From Alphaproteobacteria bacterium (GTDB lineage Bacteria > Pseudomonadota > Alphaproteobacteria > RF32 > CAG-239): DNA of 64,000 bases. Shown here one piece after another: positions 10,201 through 19,700 of this stretch. Numbering within the stretch: position 1 is the stretch's first letter; the number at the start of each line of letters is the position of its first letter. The position numbers and the translations under genes were made by a program. The stretch covers positions 14,903 to 78,902 of the forward strand of contig JAZKXV010000021.1 of assembly GCA_045611785.1 (NCBI GenBank), given 5' to 3'. The notes beneath the pieces are model-generated. The model saw only the letters and a program-made list of their open reading frames with translations. It did no database searches and was not told where the DNA came from.

Positions 10201-12821
10201 GTTGCTGATGATAAAGCTTTACATTCACCGCAACCATAAGCATCGGCATTGGCTTTAACACCTTCTAAGCACCATCCTGTTACATAGCCTGTTTTACATC
10301 CTGTTGCGGCATAACCACCACCTGCTTGCTCTTCACAAACAGAGTTTTGGTTTGCTGCTTCGCATGATTCAAGTGTGTTATATTTTGCACCGTTAGAAAT
10401 ACATTTTCCATTGGTTAATGTATATCCTTCTTTACAACCTTGTACCACTTCGCATTGATTTTCATCTAAGCCGCATACAGAGTTTGCATTTGCTGTTTCA
10501 CAAGATCTTGCACCTGCATATTGACAACAAGCTTTACATCTTACTGTTTCACCGCTTAATGTAACTGCTGATTGTGAGGTTGGGTTGCACATGCCACAAG
10601 CTGCACCACATTCTTCAACAAGGCCATAGCTTTCACATGTATTATTGCTTACACATTCGCCGTTTACAAATGTATAATGTTCTTGGCATTCAGCTGAAGG
10701 TACATAGTAATATCCTTCACCATAACCTGTTTCACCCCAAATTTTTTCGCATACATAACCCGGGTTATCTGCTTCACATTCATCTTGTGTAATGTAAAGC
10801 ATACTTTTTTCACATTTTCCGTTGGTCATTTTATAACCTAACTCGCAAGATGCAATTTCATAACAGCCGTCTTTAAGCGCACATACTGCACCGCCTGTTT
10901 CACAAGCATCTTGGTCTGCATATTTACAAGGATTATCTAAAACCCAACATTCAAAAATTATGCCTTTATCATTATAGAATGTAAATGTATGACCATCACC
11001 AACATTAGATGGTTTGTCGCCACCAACATGAGACCATGTATCATTTACATACCCTAAATCAGCACAGGTTGTATATTTTGAACCACATCTACCACAGCCG
11101 TTTTTATCAACATTTACGAGCTTGTCATAATATGTCTCTGTGCCGCAGTTTGTATCGTTAACTTCTGTATAAGCGCCTGCTTGACATACTGTCGGAACAA
11201 AACATCCCTCATCGTCTGCTTCACATACAGAGTTAGCATTTTGGCTGACACAATCAGCTTGGTCAATGTACAAGCATTTGCTTTCGCATTTTGCACAACC
11301 TGCCATATCTGTTGTAATTTTTGTTCCGTTATCTGTTACGGTATTAACTCTTAATGTAGCACTTACTGCTAAGCTTGAAGGACAAGTTGTTGCATCTGTT
11401 GTTTCACAACCGGCATGTACCCACTCGCCATCTTCATTTTCTTCACATACAGAGTTAAAGAACGCTTCTTCACAACCATCTTGAGATGTTGCAGCAAAAC
11501 AATTCTTCTCAACTGTGCCGTCTGCTAAGTATACTGTTACTTGCTTAGCATTTGCAATCGGCTCAGCAGCATAACCTGCCTCAACGCATGAAGCAAACTC
11601 TGTTGCACAATATCCGCAACCGTATGCATCGGCGCCATTTATTGTGCTAAACTTACCGTCAGGACAGTTAACCTCGTTAACATCTTTGTAATATCCGCCA
11701 CGACATGATACCGGAGCAAAACAGCCATCTGTACCTTGTGCACAAATAGATTTTGTATATTTTGCTTCGCACGCCATTTGTGTTGCATATTCGCAACCGT
11801 CGTCTTCATCATCTGTTTCAACTTCGCCTAAACACTTTTTAGCAGCAGAGTTAAACGGACAAGAAATGTAATCGCCAGGGCATGAGGTTTCAGTATAACC
11901 TAATTGCTCACACTTATTATCGTCTGCCTTATTACATGTGTCATAAAAATCCCAATATCCGACAGCGCATTGACATGTGTTACCGCAGATACCGCCATCG
12001 TTTAACCAAGGAACATAACCGCCTGAACAAATTACGTTAGATGATGAACCAAAATAGCTATAATCGCTATCGGTACATCCGCTTTGGCATCCGGATTTGC
12101 TGTATGTAAATCCACAACGGCAAGAAAATACTGGATCGGGGTTACATTTATAGACTGTCTTACCATTTGGTTGAGCTGTACATGTTGTTGTGGATACAGA
12201 ACAGCATTCATCAGGATCATCTACCCATTCTCCGCCATCTGTTTGAGGGCATTCACAAACGGCGCGATATGTTCCTGTCGAGTCGGTACATGTTGCTCCG
12301 GAAGGAGTGCTGTTTGCACCGCACTTGAAGAACTGTGATTTATCACAAGCACATTCTCTATATTTACCACCACAGGAGATACCAACACCCATTTGACCTA
12401 CACCGTCACATGTCTCGGTAAAGCTTGCATCACAAACACAATTGCCGATGGTACAAGCAACATAATCTTCTCCATCAGCAGTTTTACCTTCGCAAGATTT
12501 ATCAAGGCAAGTTAAGCCTAATTCAGGGGAGCATTCTTCATAGACATTTATATTTGAACAACAGTCCGCAGGGTCATAGTAATCTTTCTCGCCGTCACGA
12601 CATGACGCAGCGTTCAGCCTAGGAATTACACATAACTCTTTATCAGGACAAGCTTCCGTCTCCAACTCAATAAAATCTTCAAGAACACCACCGCCAATAC
12701 AGTTAGTAGCATTACCAGACTCGTCGGTCGCCGAAGCTAAAAAACAAACTCGAGCTTCTGAAGTTGTACATAAACACAGCAACAAACCCAGAATACATAA
12801 GAACACCCTAGACTTAAACAT
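7299..12821 (-). CDS. Giant (1840 aa) secreted Cys-rich modular protein. About 35-residue four-Cys modules flank a central parallel beta-helix-like (pectate-lyase-fold-like) region. Putative surface adhesin.
   Basis: Signal peptide MFKSRVFLCILGLLLCLCTTSEA. Strong AAGGGGG ribosome-binding site. More than ten copies of C-[EQ]-x2-N-x-N-S-V-C-x(4-9)-C-x(3-6)-C-x2-G-Y-x-L-x-N-G-x-C. Central Asn/Gly/Thr-rich segment with a beta-solenoid-like periodicity (...NVNIDVTSTASENYALKLDENDGFVMNGKNSIKVRGG...). Confidence 0.7.
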   Translation of the reverse strand: MFKSRVFLCILGLLLCLCTTSEARVCFLASATDESGNATNCIGGGVLEDFIELETEACPDKELCVIPRLNAASCRDGEKDYYDPADCCSNINVYEECSPELGLTCLDKSCEGKTADGEDYVACTIGNCVCDASFTETCDGVGQMGVGISCGGKYRECACDKSQFFKCGANSTPSGATCTDSTGTYRAVCECPQTDGGEWVDDPDECCSVSTTTCTAQPNGKTVYKCNPDPVFSCRCGFTYSKSGCQSGCTDSDYSYFGSSSNVICSGGYVPWLNDGGICGNTCQCAVGYWDFYDTCNKADDNKCEQLGYTETSCPGDYISCPFNSAAKKCLGEVETDDEDDGCEYATQMACEAKYTKSICAQGTDGCFAPVSCRGGYYKDVNEVNCPDGKFSTINGADAYGCGYCATEFASCVEAGYAAEPIANAKQVTVYLADGTVEKNCFAATSQDGCEEAFFNSVCEENEDGEWVHAGCETTDATTCPSSLAVSATLRVNTVTDNGTKITTDMAGCAKCESKCLYIDQADCVSQNANSVCEADDEGCFVPTVCQAGAYTEVNDTNCGTETYYDKLVNVDKNGCGRCGSKYTTCADLGYVNDTWSHVGGDKPSNVGDGHTFTFYNDKGIIFECWVLDNPCKYADQDACETGGAVCALKDGCYEIASCELGYKMTNGKCEKSMLYITQDECEADNPGYVCEKIWGETGYGEGYYYVPSAECQEHYTFVNGECVSNNTCESYGLVEECGAACGMCNPTSQSAVTLSGETVRCKACCQYAGARSCETANANSVCGLDENQCEVVQGCKEGYTLTNGKCISNGAKYNTLESCEAANQNSVCEEQAGGGYAATGCKTGYVTGWCLEGVKANADAYGCGECKALSSATCEEYGFYTSADSCSTGAEIVPDMTMTDGSVLQGCYACPANNIYQDVADCELKNQNSVCGELVTNGAAAATECKEGYAKKCSNGQMLKAADQFGCGTCCQYTTLYLCQTANPNGSCDTGADGCYYVDKCNSGYELVDNQCVVGDLQATYATLEECEVANLMRKCEPYGNGYEAGECYEGEYDDGTCKGVDSDYSDCEYDYASDPCQSDGHGLYLPTNCPRTKADCEKEYPYDICEKTTDANCWIPFGGLKYPNPADGDACKSKYWTGSYSYGALFCVSDTKELCQAAYPGFNCELSKEDWIDGYVPLGCASGYTFDSGYCIEDAANNCPEGEYTTLDVCEAHNTNTVCGPSSNAGCFTRDFCKTGYYHEGTCKNGQIAHADDLGCGYCVYKTKDQCLENSEGFDCTSIYMSDLGSYYKASTTTCQSGYTLTNGACVSNTPTCASGQVYADGACRKIETCEQYNLVSCDSGITSFAYGASCSSAKVVYNAAGEAIDCACNGVDNYVSSYTCQYNNKQATCGLADNGCYEVIMCNDGYELVNGQCVADDGCLVSNYSEFTTALSNSACTTVTLAANIDGTSDTATDALNIGAKTIDGAGHTLTMKSRKFLTRSDNAAVKDINMVWTANNGSAFEINLGFNVEFTNVNIDVTSTASENYALKLDENDGFVMNGKNSIKVRGGTTNRALYMSEMGDLTLYSGATLDIDIVGGSNSVAMYGQTDSGINVEGTVNIKASNANISNGVTMAVQNGGEINVKHTGSNVGISYNSIAIGPNSKLAIETNSTAPRITPNYMNLAGELNITAPIASNEYFFNPSHVYIHSPKAKIITTSTGSRTLSETDAGVNLASLQVEADKGVTWQVKSSGFNKTWVSTGEYYGNNVKYPPSPYWCDATTGCTSATTCTYTSESNCESTNFNSVCTIVSGCYEPTSCEADNYRSADECKQKTGAYSCQMQTQDPYGCGEAILITFG

Positions 12822-12864
12822 AATACCCCCTTGGTAAAATAATCCACTTTTGATTTATTTTATC

Positions 12865-12905
12865 AAAAAAAAATCTAATTGTCAACGATACAATTAGATT
12901 TTTTA
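12865..12905. terminator. Rho-independent terminator (perfect 10-bp inverted repeat atctaattgt/acaattagat flanked by A9 and T6), ending the mlaA-mlaC transcript.
   Basis: aaaaaaaaatctaattgtcaacgatacaattagatttttt, directly downstream of the mlaC stop on the minus strand. Confidence 0.75.
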
Positions 12906-12924
12906 CCCTGATAAGATTTATGTT

Positions 12925-13530
12925 TTAAATGTTTTTTTTACGCAAATCAGCTATCAAATCAGCCACACCATTTTTTGATTTTTTTATGTATGCTGTATAC
13001 TCATTTCGAGCCGTTATCGCCAAACTCACATTTTCAATTATGATATCAACAACTTTTAAGTTGCCACCATCTTCTTTAACTCTCCAGATAACTTTTGCAG
13101 GTGCACCTTGTGGCATAGTAACTGAGGTGTTAACAAAAATTTGGTTCTTAGAATTTGAAGCCGAAGTTCCGTTAAACTCAAAGCTTTTGCCCTTGAACTC
13201 GTCAAATCTTTTAGACCATGTTTTTATGTTCATCTCTCGATATGCTTCTATAAAATCTTTACGTTCTTGAGCTGAGGCCGTATTCCAATAGCGGCCCAAT
13301 ACAAATCGTCCTATAAAATCTAAATCAAGATACTTATTAAACAACGCTTCAAAACGCTTATCTTTTTGTTCTTGAGAAACATCAGCATTAATTATTTGCT
13401 CAATTCCGTCAGCGGTCATTTTTCTAATAAAATCTTCTGCTTTTTTTGCATCAAAATCTGCACATACAGGCAAAGAAAAAAGCATAATGCCCGTTAAAAT
13501 TAGCGTAAAAAGTTTTTTCATATTAGTCAC
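12925..13530 (-). CDS. mlaC: Phospholipid-binding periplasmic protein MlaC (Ttg2D family).
   Basis: Signal peptide plus the family fingerprint ...FIGRFVLGRYWNTASAQERKDFIEAYRE... typical of MlaC/Ttg2D. Operon partner of the mlaA-like gene upstream. Confidence 0.75.
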   Translation of the reverse strand: MTNMKKLFTLILTGIMLFSLPVCADFDAKKAEDFIRKMTADGIEQIINADVSQEQKDKRFEALFNKYLDLDFIGRFVLGRYWNTASAQERKDFIEAYREMNIKTWSKRFDEFKGKSFEFNGTSASNSKNQIFVNTSVTMPQGAPAKVIWRVKEDGGNLKVVDIIIENVSLAITARNEYTAYIKKSKNGVADLIADLRKKNI

Positions 13531-13543
13531 CTTTCAATTTTAT

Positions 13544-14299
13544 CTATTCAAAATCTTCCTCAAAATCAAAATCATAGCTAAGAGCGCCAGAAGCTTCTTC
13601 TTGTTTTGCGCAAAGACTTACAAACTTTTGGCGGTTTTGCATAAATGCAGATTTTGTTGCTTCATAAAAGTCAACCGAACCCTGCTCCAAACTCTTTAAG
13701 AGTTCCATATTTTTAGCTCTTAAATTTATGTATTTTACAGCAGCTGCACCCCATACAATTGTATCTGATTTTTCACCATCAGAATTTATAAGTGCCCAAT
13801 ATAACGGACTTAAATAAGCATCTGCCGTCCAACCGGCAACATATCGCGGTGTTGCAGGACCAACCAACGGTATTATAATGAACGGACCATCAGGCACACA
13901 ATACTTTGCAAGAGTCGCATCAAAACCAGTCTTTTTAATTTCAAGCCCCCAACCTGCAGCAACATCAAAAGTGCCAAGCAAACCCAATGTGCTGTTTATA
14001 ACAAATCGTCCGGCAGATATACCTGTGTTCTTTACCTCTCCTTGCAACAAATGATTTACCATATAAGCAGGCTCTTCTAAGTTGTTAAAAAAAGCACCTA
14101 CCCGATTGCGAACAAATTCATTAGTTACTTTTTTATATCCGGTAGCAATCGGCAACATTACTTTTTTATCTACCTGATAGTTAAAATCAAACATAGCTCT
14201 GTTATATGTTTCAAGTGCGCTATCACCATTATTTTCTGTGCCGATTGAACACGAACACAGAACAATGGTTGCCAACATTAACAAAACTTTATTATACAT
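13544..14299 (-). CDS. mlaA: MlaA/VacJ family outer-membrane lipoprotein.
   Basis: Lipobox LCSC. NRAMFDFNYQVDKKVMLPIATGYKKVTNEFVRNRVGAFFNNLEEPAYMVNHLLQG...RFVINSTLGLLGTFDVAAGWGL matches the MlaA/VacJ core. Confidence 0.85.
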   Translation of the reverse strand: MYNKVLLMLATIVLCSCSIGTENNGDSALETYNRAMFDFNYQVDKKVMLPIATGYKKVTNEFVRNRVGAFFNNLEEPAYMVNHLLQGEVKNTGISAGRFVINSTLGLLGTFDVAAGWGLEIKKTGFDATLAKYCVPDGPFIIIPLVGPATPRYVAGWTADAYLSPLYWALINSDGEKSDTIVWGAAAVKYINLRAKNMELLKSLEQGSVDFYEATKSAFMQNRQKFVSLCAKQEEASGALSYDFDFEEDFE

Positions 14300-14464
14300 T
14301 TAACTATCCTTTTGTTTTATTTTTTTCTTCAATGCCTATAAATATAACAATTTTACGTATTAAATCAATAAAAATATATTGTAATTTAGCACAGTTTTTT
14401 TGTTACAATCAAGAAATGTTTTGTGTTTTGCATATTACATATAATTAGCATATTATCCGCTTAG

Positions 14465-15652
14465 TTGAAATTTTTTGAAGGATTAATAAATATGACTAAT
14501 AAACCAGAAAAAGCTATTAACTTGTTCGACTGTTCTACTTCTCAAAAAATCATCGGACAAGAAAAGTTTTTAGAAGCTTTTAAGAAAATTTTGGATCATG
14601 GCGCATATTGTCAAGGTCATGAAACTAGAGAATTAGATCAAAAATTAGCAGAATATTCAAATACTAAATATTGCGCAACTTGCGGTTCTGGTACAGATGC
14701 TTTAACTCTTGCTCTTATGGCTTGGGATGTTAAACCTGGTGATGCTGTTTTTGTTTCTTCTTTCACATTCGTTGCAACAGCTGAAGCTCCTGTTTTATTA
14801 GGTGCAACTCCAATTTTCGTTGACTCAAAACCAGATACATTCAATATGGACCCTGAAGATTTGAAACGCGCTATCAGTGAAGTTAAAAGCGAAGGCAAAC
14901 TTAACTTAAAAGCAGTTATTCCTGTTGATATTTTCGGTTCTCCTTGCGAATACGATGAAATCATTAAAATTGCACACGACAACGGCATGAAAGTTCTTTC
15001 TGACTCTTGCCAATCTTACGGATCTGTTTATCATGGTAAGAACGCAGGTTCAATTGGCGATATGAGCGCAACTTCTTTCTATCCTACTAAACCTTTAGGC
15101 GGATATGGCGACGGCGGTGCTATATTTGTTAATTCTGATGAAGAAAACGATTTGGTTAAATCTGCTCGTGTACACGGTATGAGCCCATCTGATCGTTATG
15201 ATAACGTTCGTTTAGGTATGACAGGCCGTATGAACACATTCCAAGCTGCTGTTTTATTACAAAAACTTACTGTTTTTGAACAAGAACTTAAAGACAGATA
15301 TACAATTGCAAGTCGTTATGACAATGAATTAAGTTCTTACTACAGCAAACAAAGAATTTTGGATAACTGCAAATCTTCTTATGCTTTGTACACTATCGCT
15401 TGTGAAAATCGTGATGAATTAATGAACTGCTTAAAAGAAGCTGGTATACCTTGTGGTGCTTACTATCCTCGTCCGGTTCATACTCAAACTGCTTATGCTA
15501 AATGGAATACTCGTAAACTTCCTGTTTGCGAAAAATTATCAAAAACAGTTTTAAGTATTCCTATGCATCCATATTTGGAAAGCGATGTTCAATCTTATAT
15601 CATTGATGTAATGAATGAATTTGCCGCTAAATATGAAGCTAAAGCTGCTTAA
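14465..15652 (+). CDS. DegT/DnrJ/EryC1/StrS family PLP-dependent sugar aminotransferase.
   Basis: ...CATCGSGTDALTLALMAW...GDAVFVSSFTFVATAEA... and an overall fold-type I aminotransferase pattern. The true start may be the internal MTNKPE. Confidence 0.85.
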   Translation: MKFFEGLINMTNKPEKAINLFDCSTSQKIIGQEKFLEAFKKILDHGAYCQGHETRELDQKLAEYSNTKYCATCGSGTDALTLALMAWDVKPGDAVFVSSFTFVATAEAPVLLGATPIFVDSKPDTFNMDPEDLKRAISEVKSEGKLNLKAVIPVDIFGSPCEYDEIIKIAHDNGMKVLSDSCQSYGSVYHGKNAGSIGDMSATSFYPTKPLGGYGDGGAIFVNSDEENDLVKSARVHGMSPSDRYDNVRLGMTGRMNTFQAAVLLQKLTVFEQELKDRYTIASRYDNELSSYYSKQRILDNCKSSYALYTIACENRDELMNCLKEAGIPCGAYYPRPVHTQTAYAKWNTRKLPVCEKLSKTVLSIPMHPYLESDVQSYIIDVMNEFAAKYEAKAA

Positions 15653-15674
15653 TCTTTCAATTTATACATAAAAA

Positions 15675-15745
15675 AAGCCTCTAAATCAGAGGCTTTTTTT
15701 ATGTATTTAAAACCCTCGACAAAGCCGAGGGTTATGTTTTTAAGT
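15675..15745. terminator. Two consecutive hairpin terminators between convergent genes: aaaaaaagcctctaaatcagaggcttttttt and aaaaccctcgacaaagccgagggtt.
   Basis: Perfect stems gcctct/agaggc and ccctcg/cgaggg with flanking A- and T-runs, between the DegT stop (15652) and the virB11 stop (15740). Confidence 0.75.
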
Positions 15746-16708
15746 AATTTCAGTAATTGCACGTAAGTTGCCATCTCTGTTGATTTGAACAACCCTTAAT
15801 TTATGTCTCATTTCTTCTATGGTTTTTGCTCTATCTATAGTTGGGTATGAGTGCAAAATACGATCTGTAAAGGCTTGATATGCGGCTTCTGAACTTTCTG
15901 CGTGGATAGTAGCTAAACAGTTATCGTGACCTGAACCCATCAACTCCCATAACGCACCTGCGTTTGATGTTGAAATCTCACCACCGACAATTGCATCAGG
16001 AGTAAAACGCACAACCAAGTCAATGATTTTCGCATAGTTCATATCGTTGGTTTGTTCCGTACGAGATAACACCAAGTGAACTCTGTTCGGGTGAGGAACC
16101 AAAAGTTCTCGAGTATCCTCGATGGTAAGCACCCTTTTATGAATATCTAATATTTTTAATAAGTTATTCAAAAATGTTGTTTTACCTGTTGATGTCGCAC
16201 CACTGACTAAAATATGATCACCTCTTTTAATACTAAGCAATAATCTCTCGTATGGATCTTCTGGATCTTTAATGTCTTTTAACGGATTAATTTTATGCAG
16301 AGCCTTACCTTGAGACAAACCATAATCAGATAAACCAAATGCAACTTCATCACTATGAACACGTATTGTTAAAGCTACACCACCGGTCAAGTCTTCATTA
16401 TCATACATAACGTTTCTTCCGGCAATTGCTGAAAAACGGTGATCTCCAGGAATGGTTGCATAAACAACCGGAGAGCCATGAACAGGGTCAAATGGTAATT
16501 CATATGTATTTGCAATAATATAAAGCAAATTAGTCAAATATTCCTTTGTTAGTTTTTCATCTTTATATACCACCCATGGAAAAGCTCGTTTTCCGCGCAA
16601 TCTGAGCCATATTTGTCCGGCTCTGTTAATCGCAACTTCCTCTATGTTATCTTGATTATACCAATATGATAATGGTCTTAAAACTGATTCTAATACTGTA
16701 AAACTCAT
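15740..16708 (-). CDS. virB11: Type IV secretion ATPase VirB11.
   Basis: Walker A GATSTGKTT, Walker B/His-box region ...PDAIVGGEISTSNAGALWELMGSGHDNCLATIHAESS, 322 aa. Last gene of the colinear virB cluster. Confidence 0.9.
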   Translation of the reverse strand: MSFTVLESVLRPLSYWYNQDNIEEVAINRAGQIWLRLRGKRAFPWVVYKDEKLTKEYLTNLLYIIANTYELPFDPVHGSPVVYATIPGDHRFSAIAGRNVMYDNEDLTGGVALTIRVHSDEVAFGLSDYGLSQGKALHKINPLKDIKDPEDPYERLLLSIKRGDHILVSGATSTGKTTFLNNLLKILDIHKRVLTIEDTRELLVPHPNRVHLVLSRTEQTNDMNYAKIIDLVVRFTPDAIVGGEISTSNAGALWELMGSGHDNCLATIHAESSEAAYQAFTDRILHSYPTIDRAKTIEEMRHKLRVVQINRDGNLRAITEIT

Positions 16709-16720
16709 ATCTTTAACCCT

Positions 16721-19700
16721 TTAGAATAATGTTGCGCCGCTTGCTCCGGATGGTGGAGGTGGAGCTATTGTATTGGTAGACGGAGGCGGTGTTGTTGCGT
16801 ATGCAGGCATTGGACGCGGACTTCTCTTATTATTTGTAGGCTCTTCGTCAAGCAAACCACCATTTACAGGCTGTGCATCTGATTCAGTTCCTCCATAAAC
16901 CTCTGTTTTACTGCTTGTAGAACCACCGCTACTGCTTGATTTTTCTGCTTTATTTAGAGGTTTAGATTCATCACCCGTAATTAAAGGTCCTGTGCTGCTT
17001 TCTTTTGATGCCTCTTCTTCTTTTTCACGATCAGCTGTTCTTATCCATAAATCTATTTGAGGATAGATTATCATTCTGGTACCTGCTGGTATATATGCAA
17101 CAGGTTCAATAGATGTTTTATCCTCAAGAATTTTTTTGAATATATCATCCATACCTTGAATAAAGTTTTGACGAGCATCTGCAGCTGCTTCAGATCTGGA
17201 ATCTTGTGTGGATCCACCATTTCCATCAGATGTATTTTCTCCGGCCGCCATAACAAAAGCTGTAGCATCTGTAAGTAGTTGTGTAAGAAGAGGTAACCCA
17301 TATTTTTTAGCTAACTGCTCATCAAGATATCCTAAAGCACCGGCTCGTCCTTGAGCATCACCGGTTAAGCCTTCAAACTTAAACGCAGATCCATCAGGTC
17401 TTATCAACCTTGTCCAAGAAATAGTAGTCCTAACTGCACCACCGGAGTTTCCTCCACCAAAGCCACTCATTTTTCCAATCAGTCGGCTACCTGCAGGTAT
17501 AACAATATTTCTACCAACTTCAGCATAAACATTTCGTTCAACGATAGCTGTAACAGGAACACTATGCGCTCCAGACATTATGCTTCTTGCTAAAACTGCA
17601 GGAATAGGTTTATCTTCTAAGATCATTTCGCTCATATCAACACGCCAAGTAGATAACTCCCTTGATTCTCCCCAATTTGCTTGCATACCATCAAAAGCCT
17701 CTTTACTATGGCCTGTAGAAATTTTGCCTACTGCAAATTCGCTTCTGCGAAGGTCTTGATTTGATGCTAATATTTGCGCACGAACAGGGTCATATCTTTC
17801 GCCTGCACCAAAACCACCGCCTGCACCTAAGTTTGTTGGCATAGAACCTATACCATATGCTCCGCCATCTCCTTTATCACCCATCACATACATTTTTTCA
17901 GCAGATGTATTTTTTACATCTTCAATACCTTCTAAACCGCCATCTTTACCTATAATCAAACCGTCAGGTGTTCTTGTTCCTACCAATTCACCTAATTTAT
18001 TTATAACATCATTGTTTGACAAGATTTCACCTAAATAGTTTCCATCAGGTGTAACCGCAATACCTATAGCCTTAAGACCATATTTACCGGTCATATCCTG
18101 TGTTTCTTTATCGGTCTCATCTATCGGTTCACGCTCTGAAATTTCCGGAGCAGATAGTTTACCTATCTGAATTTGAGGTTCTTCTTGCTTTTCTTCTTGC
18201 TTAATTATCGGTTTCTTAGGATTATAATATTGCAAATAGCGTGCTTTTGCTAATAATTTTCCGCTTTCATTACGAATTTCGCCACTACCTGAAACCTCTC
18301 CAAATACAGAAGATCTATTATCAATTACACTACCGTTTAACAACAATTCACCAACAATTTCATGGCTTGAGTTACGAATAAAGTAGTCTCTTGATCCTCG
18401 ACCTATCAAATTATAACTTTTATCAACTAAAAAGCCTCTATCGGCAACACCCAATTTGTTTCCGGAGAAACCGGTAACTGTTCCCCCTTTAGTAATATAA
18501 CCGATGACTTGGTTTTCTTCATTGTATACATATACATCATATAATGCATAACCTATGTTCTTTTTATCGACCACAACTGTTCCATCATACATAACCTTAG
18601 CTAAAACCTTATTTTCCACGCTAACTACTTCTGCTTTATTGTTAACTCGTCCAATAAAGTTATTATCTTTATCAAAAGCAAATTTATATCTGAATGCTAA
18701 ACCTAAAACTTTTTTTCCATCTGTAGAAACCACATTATCATTTGGCAATACATAACCTATAATTTTATTGTTATTGTCTACGACCTTACCATTTTTCAGC
18801 ACTCTACCAATGATTACATTGTTGAAATTCATTACTACTGATGGTCTGACAGTTGCTGCTACAAACTTATTATCTGCATTATATAATCTGCCTCTGTTGT
18901 TTATGCAGCCGATTTTTGACTTATTATAATCAAGAACTTGACCGAAAGCGTTAATTGTACCAAGATTTTTACCTTCAAAATCTGTAACAATACCACTTTC
19001 CGGAATAAAACCGTTTACTGCTCCTGTATCAGATATAATTTGGTTATTAGCCAATATTCTTCCGACAACCACATCTCTTCCGTTACGTAAATCACCTTTA
19101 GGTGTTGTAACACCTATAAATTCGCATCCTTCATTAACGGCACTCTTATATCCTATTAACTTACCTATTACAGATTTATCAACACCTACTATTAAGTCCC
19201 CTTCTTCAACAGAGCCTATTTTATTTGACTGATAATCATAAACTTCACCATTAGCTCTGGCGTATCCTAACATATTTCCGTTAAATCCGATAGCCAAGTA
19301 GTTATCACCGGAGAAACCGACAACAGGCATATATGTATCTGAAAGTTTATCAGAACTTTCAACAATATCATTTTCAGGCACAACTTTTGCTATAACTGCA
19401 CCTTTATTATCTGTTATCATATTGTTTTGTGCCATACGACCCATTATAGAACCGCCGGATTTCATAACATAATATGGATTTATTTGATATCCTAATATAT
19501 TGTTGGAAGAATCTATTATCATACCATGTTGCGTAAGTTTTACACCCTGTTCTGTAGGATAACCTTCAATATTGCCATTAATTCCCATATATCCGCTTAC
19601 TTCACCGGTTTCTTTATATAAAGATAAAAGTGATAATGTGTTTCCTATAACAACATTGTCGATTGAATATACATAACCGAACGGAGATATTTTATAAGGA

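Noticed and set aside
7191..12622. Numerous 60-90-aa plus-strand ORFs inside the Cys-rich gene region (for example 9149..9331, 9482..9724, 10574..10792, 12084..12338).
   Set aside because: All antisense to a long, well-supported ORF. His/Leu/Cys-rich translations typical of reverse-frame reading of Cys/Gly codons. Spurious.
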